Source of the DNA: a virus
Lineage: Duplodnaviria > Caudoviricetes
Reading direction: 5' to 3' (one strand)
DNA length: 47,186 nt
Virus record (IMG/VR): IMGVR_UViG_3300011338_000292
Location: 1 to 47,186 of that record
The notes beneath the pieces are model-generated. The model was not told the DNA's origin and made no database searches. It saw only the letters and a program-made list of their open reading frames with translations. Position numbers and translations under genes: made by a program. Shown here piece by piece: positions 26,065 to 33,768 of the stretch (positions are counted from its first letter, which is position 1; each line of letters begins with the position of its first letter).

Positions 26065-26694
26065 ATGCCTTGGACACCCCGAATACCTGTTGTCATACCA
26101 CAGCAGAACTTTGAGTTAATCGGTGATAGAATCGCCGAGATTCTTGCTGCTGAGATGGCTAATCAGTGGGTGCTAGATAACACAGTGCCAAAGGTAGTAA
26201 GTGTCGACATTGAACGGTTTACAACGTATGATGGGCAGACTGAACTACCTGCCATCAACGTGAACAACCAGTCCGCTACTTATTCCAATCGCACACGTAA
26301 CCGAGTGGATGGCACTTATCAGTTCAACATAGATGTGTATACTAACGCTACGTGGAGTGCAGAGGATGGCCCTGGTGACGAATATGCGATGTTGCTGATG
26401 AACCGAATAATAGGCATGGTGCGCACCATCTTGTCCAGCCCTGCGTATACAAGGCTTGGATTCGATGCGCCTGCTGATCCAATCATAGGCACTACCAACG
26501 TGGCAGGCTTTATAGTAGGCGACAAAGCAACGGTCAAAGATTCACTGAGTAGTGTGGTGGGTAGACTACAATTCGAGGTTACTTGCGTGGAGGAAGCAAT
26601 TATGCAGACTAGCGTGCTGCTAGAGGTGTCAGGCTCAACGCTCTATGTGAACAGAGCAGATGGCAAAGGGTTTAAACTACTTACAGAAATATGA
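26065..26694 (+). CDS. Tail terminator/completion protein
   Basis: Synteny; ELPAINV, YQFNIDVY, VGRLQFEV strand pattern of tail-terminator proteins. Confidence 0.6.
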   Translation: MPWTPRIPVVIPQQNFELIGDRIAEILAAEMANQWVLDNTVPKVVSVDIERFTTYDGQTELPAINVNNQSATYSNRTRNRVDGTYQFNIDVYTNATWSAEDGPGDEYAMLLMNRIIGMVRTILSSPAYTRLGFDAPADPIIGTTNVAGFIVGDKATVKDSLSSVVGRLQFEVTCVEEAIMQTSVLLEVSGSTLYVNRADGKGFKLLTEI

Positions 26695-29429
26695 AACGAA
26701 TAATATCAGCCTTACTAATTCTGTGCAGCACCTTGCCTGCATTTGCGCAGCCCACTTCTGGTGATGTGTTTCCACCTGTCGGGGGCCCTACCGATTTCTG
26801 GCACACTGGCGGCTTGCTTACCAGTGACCGGCAGATACGCCTGACGTACAGTGACACTCTGGTGCTACTATACAAGACCGATGGCTCTATTAGGTATGAT
26901 ACCACTAAGAAACAAGTAAAGGTGTATGATGGTGCGTACTGGCGCAGGATGGTGGATTCAGCGTATCTGGACACAGTGGTGAGTAGCATTGAGGCTGGTG
27001 CAGTTGATACAGTCAACTACATTGCTAGTATAACACGCCTAGACAGAGAAATAGATAGTGTTAGTAACATAACTGATAGCCTATATACCGTGCTACTTAC
27101 CAAGCAGGGGGCGGATAGTTTGTTGTTAGCATTGCAGATAGGTACATTACGTGATTATGTAGACAGCAACAATGCTATAATATATGGAAATATAGCAACA
27201 TTGCAAAGTGATGTGGTAGTATTAGATAGTGCGGTAGGTGTGGCCTTTGGCTCAATATCAGCATTATTTGACACACTACCCAACTATGTAGATACAGCGC
27301 AACTCAATGATAGTTTACAGGTGATTAAAGCAGATTACGTACCGTACACAGGTGCAACAGACGGTGTAAACTTAGGCAATCACAGTTATTTTGCTGATAA
27401 TGGTGTTTATAATTCTGAAATGTCACCATCATATTTTGGAGTACAAAATGACAGCTCTACGCAATTCAGTTTATTAGAATATAACCAATTATCGGTTACT
27501 AATAGCAATACAGGAAAAGTAATGACCGTTAACGCTAATGGTATTACATTTCCCGATGCTAGTACACAAACATTTGCTGCTGATAGTATAAAGTACAGCA
27601 CTAAGGCATGGAGGCAAAAAGGCGTAGATAGTGTAGCTGCATTGATACCGTCATTAAGCGGTTATGTACCATATACAGGGGCTACTACCGATGTTAATAT
27701 AGGCACTCACAACATACTACCAAACAGCGTAAGGCTATCTACATCGCCAACAGGTACACTTACTAACGTAGGTCAGCTATATTGGGATGTTGCTAATGTT
27801 ACTCCCTCAGTTCCATTAAATGCAAATGTAACATTACAGATGGGTCAAGAGATGTACATACGTGCGGTAAATAAAACAGGTGTGCAAATTAATGATGGGC
27901 AAGTAGTATATGTTAATGACGCTCAGGGTAATAACCCTACTATTGCATTGGCTAATTCAGATAGCGTTAATACATCTATAGTAGTTGGTGTAGCTACCGA
28001 AAATATAGCTATTAACGGCACAGGTTTTGTTACTACTTTTGGTATTGTCAACGGCTTTAATACAAGTACATTTAATGATGGTGATGCACTGTACCTTAAC
28101 ACTATTAGCGGTCAATTATCAAACACTATACCTACTCCACCACACAACGTAGTAAAGGTAGCTATTGCGCTAAATAGCACTATTAATGGCAAAATATTTG
28201 TACAACCTTCCGAGCCATTAGGGCAAGATACTACCTTTGCAGCACCTTATAACAGCGATAGGGTAGCACCTACACAAAGGTCAATAGGTACTTATACACG
28301 TAAGATAGTGCAAGATACTGCAAGTGCATTGAGGATATCTATAAATGCTAAATACGGCACAAGTGATACAGGTAGGGCGGCAACTAATATAGTTACAGGT
28401 GGTAGCCTCAATAAGGTGCGTGATAGTTTGGCGGCATTAAGTGGTGGCGGTAGAACTCCGATTTCTGCAAGTGCTTATCAAATGCTTTATAAAAGCGGTG
28501 GAGATACGGTAAGGGGTACTACAAGAGTACGTATTGATACAACCGATTTGCGCATGGAATTTGCCTATGATAGTAGTACTACAACAGTAACAACCGACCC
28601 ACATGGCGGAGTAAAGATGTGGGGTAGTAATCGTATGGGTATGGGTACAGTAAGAATTAATGATACTGTAAGCATACCAGCAGCATTACAGAGGGCGATA
28701 AATACGCAGATAACAAGTACTATGTTGCCAACAGTATCAGGAAACATAGCATATACAAACAACTATGTATATAGTGGTATGGTACAAACAGCAGGTACTT
28801 TAGGTTATATAGTTGCTGCATGGAATAGCACTATTCAGCATTTTAACTACAATAAAACAACATTTACAACTGCATCAGGGGCAAATTCAAGTGCTTTAAT
28901 TAGGATTGGCAGTATTTCCAATTCAGCAGGTATAATATGCGGCAATACTAAGTTTAGTGGCGGTGGTGGTAGAGGTACATTTACATTTTCGTTTCCTACT
29001 TATTTGGCTACACAAAGGATAATGATAGGATATTCAGAGGCGGTATCAGCATTAAGCGGAGACCCATCTACATTCCTTACAGCACCTACAGCATTTTCGG
29101 CATTAATGGTTATTAAAGATGCAGCAGACACAACACTACAATTTGCACATTATAGCGGAACTGGAGTAGTAACAAAGGTTAATACTGGTATTGTACCTAA
29201 TGCAGAAAATGTATATCGTCTTACTGTTTATATTGCACCAAATAGCACCTATTACATGCAGTTAGAAGTACTAAGTAAAACATCAGCAATAAGAGTAGTA
29301 ACATTAAATCCTACTACTAACGTACCACTAGTAGGTGATAGATTAGTGCAACAGCAAGCGGTTAATAATGGTACGGTGGGTGGCGTTGTTGTTTATGGCT
29401 TAATTCAGCACTTAGAAGAAATATACTAG
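26691..29429 (+). CDS. 912-aa fibre-like protein with Sec signal peptide and dense D-(S/T)-hydrophobic sequons
   Basis: MKRIISALLILCSTLPAFA|Q; GSIRYD...VYDGAYW; coiled coil; two YVPYTGAT repeats; a cement/head-fibre-like domain (VNKTGVQINDGQVVYV...VGVATENIA...DGDALYL); beta-rich C-terminus. Confidence 0.8.
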   Translation: MKRIISALLILCSTLPAFAQPTSGDVFPPVGGPTDFWHTGGLLTSDRQIRLTYSDTLVLLYKTDGSIRYDTTKKQVKVYDGAYWRRMVDSAYLDTVVSSIEAGAVDTVNYIASITRLDREIDSVSNITDSLYTVLLTKQGADSLLLALQIGTLRDYVDSNNAIIYGNIATLQSDVVVLDSAVGVAFGSISALFDTLPNYVDTAQLNDSLQVIKADYVPYTGATDGVNLGNHSYFADNGVYNSEMSPSYFGVQNDSSTQFSLLEYNQLSVTNSNTGKVMTVNANGITFPDASTQTFAADSIKYSTKAWRQKGVDSVAALIPSLSGYVPYTGATTDVNIGTHNILPNSVRLSTSPTGTLTNVGQLYWDVANVTPSVPLNANVTLQMGQEMYIRAVNKTGVQINDGQVVYVNDAQGNNPTIALANSDSVNTSIVVGVATENIAINGTGFVTTFGIVNGFNTSTFNDGDALYLNTISGQLSNTIPTPPHNVVKVAIALNSTINGKIFVQPSEPLGQDTTFAAPYNSDRVAPTQRSIGTYTRKIVQDTASALRISINAKYGTSDTGRAATNIVTGGSLNKVRDSLAALSGGGRTPISASAYQMLYKSGGDTVRGTTRVRIDTTDLRMEFAYDSSTTTVTTDPHGGVKMWGSNRMGMGTVRINDTVSIPAALQRAINTQITSTMLPTVSGNIAYTNNYVYSGMVQTAGTLGYIVAAWNSTIQHFNYNKTTFTTASGANSSALIRIGSISNSAGIICGNTKFSGGGGRGTFTFSFPTYLATQRIMIGYSEAVSALSGDPSTFLTAPTAFSALMVIKDAADTTLQFAHYSGTGVVTKVNTGIVPNAENVYRLTVYIAPNSTYYMQLEVLSKTSAIRVVTLNPTTNVPLVGDRLVQQQAVNNGTVGGVVVYGLIQHLEEIY

Positions 29430-29432
29430 ACT

Positions 29433-29666
29433 ATGATACAGATAGAATACAAGGAATACACTACAGGGATAGCGACTAAGTTACACGTAACAGCCACTAT
29501 ATCAGATGGTAGCGGCAGTATATGGTACAAACTATTGGCAGCAGATAATACCTTAGTAACTGAGGGTAATTTACCAGTCGATACTGATTTTGCACTTGCG
29601 TATAATGGTAGTGAAATAATGGCAGGTAATTACATAGCTAATTATTTGGGTGTTGTAATTATTTAA
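29433..29666 (+). CDS. Small fibre-associated protein (77 aa)
   Basis: Directly follows the fibre gene; WYKLL..EGNL..YIANYLGVVII. Confidence 0.6.
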   Translation: MIQIEYKEYTTGIATKLHVTATISDGSGSIWYKLLAADNTLVTEGNLPVDTDFALAYNGSEIMAGNYIANYLGVVII

Positions 29667-29675
29667 CTATATTTG
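29645..29675 (+). promoter_or_regulatory. Promoter for the lysis region
   Basis: TTTG 29645-29648, 19-nt spacer, TATATTTG 29668-29675. Confidence 0.7.
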
Positions 29676-29697
29676 TCAAAACTAATTTAAGTAGCAA

Positions 29698-29946
29698 ATG
29701 TCACCTAAAGAAGAAACGGTTTTAACAAAAAAGATAACAGGTATAACGTGGGGAGTTATTATTACAATTACCACAATTACAGGCGGTGTGTTATCGATGG
29801 GTTTAAAGGGTTACACCAACATTCTATCAGCTATTGAGCGCAACAACAGCGACTATAGACAGGTACAGGAGCAAATTAAATACTTAGGTAATGACGTGAA
29901 TAGGCACGAGCAGCAGATACAATATTTAATGACCGCAAAAAAATAA
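29698..29946 (+). CDS. Single-TM coiled-coil protein (holin/antiholin-like)
   Basis: ITWGVIITITTITGGVLSMGL followed by a coiled coil; first gene of the lysis cassette. Confidence 0.55.
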   Translation: MSPKEETVLTKKITGITWGVIITITTITGGVLSMGLKGYTNILSAIERNNSDYRQVQEQIKYLGNDVNRHEQQIQYLMTAKK

Positions 29947-29949
29947 ACT

Positions 29950-30195
29950 ATGGATAATAAAACATTGAAATTTGGTTTGCAGGGATTTGAGGGTACTACG
30001 CCTCCGACCCTAAAAATTATATACCGTTGGCTGTTAGCCGCCTTGGCTATATGGCAGGTGATTAACATTACCTTCCCCGAAATAAACGATGTAACGGCTA
30101 GTTTAATCAGTCGTATATTAGATATTGGAGTTCCTATACTTTACGCTGTAAGCAATGCGTTTGGATATGTAGACGAAAATGCTAAGAGTGAATAA
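29950..30195 (+). CDS. Putative holin (2 TM)
   Basis: Two hydrophobic segments and a charged C-terminus; lysis context. Confidence 0.6.
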   Translation: MDNKTLKFGLQGFEGTTPPTLKIIYRWLLAALAIWQVINITFPEINDVTASLISRILDIGVPILYAVSNAFGYVDENAKSE

Positions 30196-30208
30196 ATACA
30201 ACTTACAT

Positions 30209-30273
30209 AGTCAAGTCGTTTCAATGGTAAGACGGCGCATTTGCTGATACGGGTTCGACCCCCGTCTTGACTT
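30209..30273 (+). ncRNA. tRNA-like RNA with truncated anticodon arm
   Basis: Acceptor AGTCAAG/CTTGACT, D arm GTTT-CAATGGTA-AGAC, T arm ACGGG-TTCGACC-CCCGT; only GCGCATTTGC (10 nt) in place of the 17-nt anticodon arm. Confidence 0.7.
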
Positions 30274-30302
30274 AATATCCTTTGAGTTCTCAACCGCAAA
30301 TA

Positions 30303-31442
30303 ATGGCTAATCAGTATACCGAAAGTAAGTATGAGCACCTGAAAGATGAGATACTTGCTGAACTTAATTCAGGTGGTTCGGAGGCTGGTACAGCCAAAAA
30401 AATAGTCGACAAACATAAACTGGATGTATCGCAAAATGCGTTCAGGCTGCATATCAGAAAACTGCAAAAGAAACAGCAGCATCCTTTGCTTGCGGATGAG
30501 TGCGAGCAATTAGGCATACCGCTAGACGATGTACGACACTACTGGCATAAAGGTAAGAGTTTTTCTATTTTTGTTAAGGGTCAACAGGTTAGCTACGAAG
30601 ATATTAGGAACTCTATTGTAACCGAAGTTGCGCATCACGCGCCTAAATATGCCCCGCTAGAATACCTCCAAGATGACGAGGGCTACTTGCTAGTTATTGA
30701 TCCTGCTGACATACACCTCAACAAACTATGCAGTGCCTTTGAAACGTCGGAGGCTTGCAACCACGACATAATATATGCGAGGGTGCTAGAAGGCGTTAAG
30801 GGTATTATACAGAAGTCTAGGGGCTACAGAATAGACAAGATATTATTTGTGGCAGGTAACGACATACTGCATGTCGATAACCCCAAAAATACAACCACAG
30901 CAGGCACGCCACAAGATGTATCAATGATGTGGTTCGATGCGTTTGTGATGGCTAGAAAGCTGTTGGTGGATTGCGTTGAGATGCTACTACCTATTGCGCC
31001 AGTCCACTTCCAGTACAACCCTTCTAACCACGATTTCACCAACGGCTTCTTCTTAGCGCAGACCCTACAAGCGTCATTTGCGAAATGCGAAAACATAACT
31101 TTTGATGTGTCAATGTCGCACCGTAAATATTTCCGGTACGGTCAAAATATCATAGGTACCACACATGGTGATGGCGCAAAGGAAACGGACTTAGCTTTGT
31201 TGTTGGCGCACGAAGTTGGTATGGATTGGTATGAATGTAAACATAGGTATATCTACACGCACCACATACACCACAAGAAGTCGAAAGACTACATGAGCGT
31301 ATGTGTGGAAACATTACGTTCACCAAGTGGCACAGATGGGTGGCACCATAGAAACGGCTACCAACATGCCCCCAAAGCAGTAGAAGGGTACATACACTGC
31401 AAAGTAGGGGGCCAAGTAGGTAGATTCACGCATATATTTTAA
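30303..31442 (+). CDS. Calcineurin-like metallophosphoesterase with N-terminal HTH-like region
   Basis: DPADIH, AGNDILHVD, PSNHD, THGD and HHIHH metal-binding motifs; ATG 30303 preferred. Confidence 0.85.
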   Translation: MANQYTESKYEHLKDEILAELNSGGSEAGTAKKIVDKHKLDVSQNAFRLHIRKLQKKQQHPLLADECEQLGIPLDDVRHYWHKGKSFSIFVKGQQVSYEDIRNSIVTEVAHHAPKYAPLEYLQDDEGYLLVIDPADIHLNKLCSAFETSEACNHDIIYARVLEGVKGIIQKSRGYRIDKILFVAGNDILHVDNPKNTTTAGTPQDVSMMWFDAFVMARKLLVDCVEMLLPIAPVHFQYNPSNHDFTNGFFLAQTLQASFAKCENITFDVSMSHRKYFRYGQNIIGTTHGDGAKETDLALLLAHEVGMDWYECKHRYIYTHHIHHKKSKDYMSVCVETLRSPSGTDGWHHRNGYQHAPKAVEGYIHCKVGGQVGRFTHIF

Positions 31443-31517
31443 GCATCCCCGCGCCACTTTTGGCTATACAAGAAATTAGCAGTATTATTGCAAGCGAGTG
31501 TGAGGTTTAATTAATGG

Positions 31518-31545
31518 GCTGGCCTGTTCTCAGGCTGGCTTTTTT
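31518..31545 (+). terminator. Intrinsic terminator
   Basis: GCTGGCCTG-TTCT-CAGGCTGGC-TTTTTT. Confidence 0.75.
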
Positions 31546-31575
31546 ATTGTCGCAAATTATTACTATTTTTGCAAC

Positions 31576-32220
31576 ATGAACTTAACGCCCGATCAAACAC
31601 CTGACGAAAAAGGATTCAGTTATTTTATGCTACTGGTTGTGTTATCACTAGCCTTTATGGCTGTACTATCATCTGGTTGCAGCTCGCAGCGCAAGTTGCG
31701 CAAACAGCAGCAGGAAGCAGCCAAGGTGCTACACGCTTACAACAAACTGGATGCGAAGTGCGCAGAAAAGAAACACTTGGATAGCATACCGGCTAATTAC
31801 TGCTCGATTCGCTTTCCTACCAAGCAGTCATCTAGCGTTAAGATCAAGTACCTACCTGGTAAGCGTGTGTTAGTGCCTGGTGACACGCAGTTCATAGAGG
31901 TAGACTGCGACAGTGCCATCGCTGCTTTTAAAGCTACCAACAGACCTCCTGAGAAAGTGCGCGTGCCATACCCTGTCTATGTGCAGGTGGACACGTCGGC
32001 TATCTTGTCTGAGGTGGTTAAGACCGATGCTGCCAAGGAAGAAATTTTGCTTAAAAGAGCTGAGCACGCAGAGCATGGTTTGCTGGCAGAGGTGCAGCGC
32101 AATAACGCCTTACAGGTGCGTGGCGACAACGCGTACAAATGGTTGCGATACGCAATAGGACTTAACATTTTATTGCTGTTAATTATTGCTGGTGGCATCT
32201 ACCTTTACGCTAAAAAATAG
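31576..32220 (+). CDS. Unimolecular spanin (u-spanin)-like lipoprotein
   Basis: Lipobox VLSSG-C after a hydrophobic stretch, a C-terminal TM (AIGLNILLLLIIAGGIYLY), and adjacency to the endolysin. A TATTTTTG -7 box lies at 31564-31571. Confidence 0.75.
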   Translation: MNLTPDQTPDEKGFSYFMLLVVLSLAFMAVLSSGCSSQRKLRKQQQEAAKVLHAYNKLDAKCAEKKHLDSIPANYCSIRFPTKQSSSVKIKYLPGKRVLVPGDTQFIEVDCDSAIAAFKATNRPPEKVRVPYPVYVQVDTSAILSEVVKTDAAKEEILLKRAEHAEHGLLAEVQRNNALQVRGDNAYKWLRYAIGLNILLLLIIAGGIYLYAKK

Positions 32221-32223
32221 TTT

Positions 32224-32733
32224 ATGGAAAACAAGAGTTTAATTGTCGCCGATGAGGCACTGAGAATTGCTATTGGCTACATTGGCAACAAGGAAGAACC
32301 AGCAGGTAGCAACGCGGGGCCATTCGTGGAGGCTTGCCTCAAAACAGTCGGCTTAGGCAAGGGCAACCCTTGGTGCGCTGCCTTTACTTACAGAGTATTC
32401 AACGAAGCCTGCGCATTGGCTGGCGTAGCTAATTTCCTGCCACGTACAGGGCACGTACTGACCTGTTGGAGAGATTCACACGTTGACAGGAAAATACTGG
32501 CTAGAAACGCCTCTGCTGCGACCATTAAGCCTGGCTACCTCGGTATTATGAGTTATGGCATCGGCAAGGGGCACATCTTCATTGTAGAGCGTGTGTCTGT
32601 TACCGATAAAGGTTTGACTTTCCATACCATAGAGGGTAACACGGATGCTGGCGGCAGCAGAACGGGGGGCATGGTGTGTCGGCAGACTAGGTATGCGTCA
32701 GATAAAAAAGTAATCGGTTTCATAAGATCATAA
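32224..32733 (+). CDS. Endolysin, CHAP domain
   Basis: PWCAAF (catalytic Cys), GHIFIVE (His), TIEGNT. Confidence 0.88.
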   Translation: MENKSLIVADEALRIAIGYIGNKEEPAGSNAGPFVEACLKTVGLGKGNPWCAAFTYRVFNEACALAGVANFLPRTGHVLTCWRDSHVDRKILARNASAATIKPGYLGIMSYGIGKGHIFIVERVSVTDKGLTFHTIEGNTDAGGSRTGGMVCRQTRYASDKKVIGFIRS

Positions 32734-32756
32734 GATGTTTTTTGTTTTTAAGGGTG

Positions 32757-32785
32757 GCCTGTCTGTTCTCAGACGGGCTTTTTTT
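32757..32785 (+). terminator. Intrinsic terminator ending the late region
   Basis: GCCTGTCTG-TTCT-CAGACGGGC-TTTTTTT. Confidence 0.85.
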
Positions 32786-32811
32786 ATTCTTAAAAATAAT
32801 TTTGAAAATAA

Positions 32812-32862
32812 TTTGGTGGTATCAAAAACAGTAGTACATTTGTTGAACAAATTGTTGAACAT
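32812..32862 (+). promoter_or_regulatory. Early/replication-arm promoter with tandem TTGTTGAACA operator-like sites
   Basis: TTTG 32812-32815, 19 nt, TACATTTG 32835-32842; TTTGTTGAACAAA 32839-32851 and ATTGTTGAACAT 32851-32862. Confidence 0.75.
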
Positions 32863-32878
32863 TAATAACCAAAACGCA

Positions 32879-33079
32879 ATGAACTTAAAATCAAAAAAGA
32901 TGCCTGACTACGCTATGAGGAAGCTGCGCAGTTGGGTGGAAAAACAAGGTAACGCTTCTATGGCCGCACGGCAGTTAGGCATTGACCGAGGTGCGCTCCT
33001 AAGACTACTTGACCGAGGTAGCGCATCACCTCCTACCGTCGACAAGATTATAGAGCAGTTCGGTACAGTTTACAAATAA
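32879..33079 (+). CDS. Small Cro-like HTH transcription regulator
   Basis: ASMAARQLGIDRGALLRLL HTH; first gene after the promoter; ATG 32879 (or 32900). Confidence 0.7.
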   Translation: MNLKSKKMPDYAMRKLRSWVEKQGNASMAARQLGIDRGALLRLLDRGSASPPTVDKIIEQFGTVYK

Positions 33080-33106
33080 CTTTTTTAACCTCACAAATTT
33101 CTCAAA

Positions 33107-33487
33107 ATGTCTAGTGTAACTTACAAGATAAAATGCGGCGGCCCACCCGCAAATTATAAATCTTTTATAATGCCTTCGGTTTCTAAGATGCCTGACGTAA
33201 CTACGAGGGTTGTTACAACCGCTATCTCGCCTGACACAGACCCTTGGCATGGTGAGCTGCGAACCACAATCAACTACTGTATATCTAACTGCTACGGCAT
33301 ACACTGCCACAACAGTGATCAAGCAGACCTTGTTTCGTACATCTTAGAAGCTAAAGGTTTGAAGCTCGCTGCGGGCATACAACCAGCAGAGTACCAACAT
33401 ATCCGTATACACGAGGACAGAACATATAGCCGTGTTTGGCAATTACTTAACCCGCGTAAAATCACATTCGATGAGTTTATTAAGTAG
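33107..33487 (+). CDS. Hypothetical protein (126 aa)
   Basis: ATG ORF with an AT-rich leader in the early operon. Confidence 0.65.
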   Translation: MSSVTYKIKCGGPPANYKSFIMPSVSKMPDVTTRVVTTAISPDTDPWHGELRTTINYCISNCYGIHCHNSDQADLVSYILEAKGLKLAAGIQPAEYQHIRIHEDRTYSRVWQLLNPRKITFDEFIK

Positions 33488-33734
33488 GTTACTTCGGGTA
33501 ATATTTACAACTGTTGTAAGGGCTGAATCTGACAAGCAACAACTAGAGGCTAGGTACGACATTCTACAAAAACAAATAATGGCTTGCACAACAGTACAGC
33601 AGACGCACAACATGCTAGATGCCATCATGGACTTTCGAGAGGACTGCCGCAAGGCAGGGATGCCACGTAGCCAATTTAAATCGCTGTACAGGTTGCTACA
33701 ATTCCAGACGGCAGCAATAATAAATAAATTGTAA
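33471..33734 (+). CDS. Hypothetical helical protein (87 aa)
   Basis: In-frame ATG 33471 overlapping the end of the previous gene. Confidence 0.6.
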   Translation: MSLLSRLLRVIFTTVVRAESDKQQLEARYDILQKQIMACTTVQQTHNMLDAIMDFREDCRKAGMPRSQFKSLYRLLQFQTAAIINKL

Positions 33735-33768
33735 TTCTTTTCTTTAACCATAAAAATCCCACAAAAAA

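Noticed and set aside
11678-29429. Diversity-generating retroelement or invertible fibre cassette
   Set aside because: No reverse transcriptase, invertase or adenine-variant template/variable repeat pair was seen.
29150-29429. Type IX secretion C-terminal signal on the 912-aa protein
   Set aside because: No recognisable T9SS CTD pattern (e.g. YPNP...KxxK) at the C-terminus, so export beyond the periplasm is unsupported.
30209-30273. Functional decoding tRNA
   Set aside because: No 5-bp stem/7-nt loop anticodon arm can be formed, so it is reported as a tRNA-like RNA instead.
31913-32158. Nested o-spanin in an alternate frame
   Set aside because: No convincing lipoprotein signal, and the host ORF already has both a lipobox and a C-terminal TM (u-spanin topology).
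32735-32878. N-terminal extension of the HTH ORF
   Set aside because: It spans a terminator and a promoter; the true start is 32879 or later.
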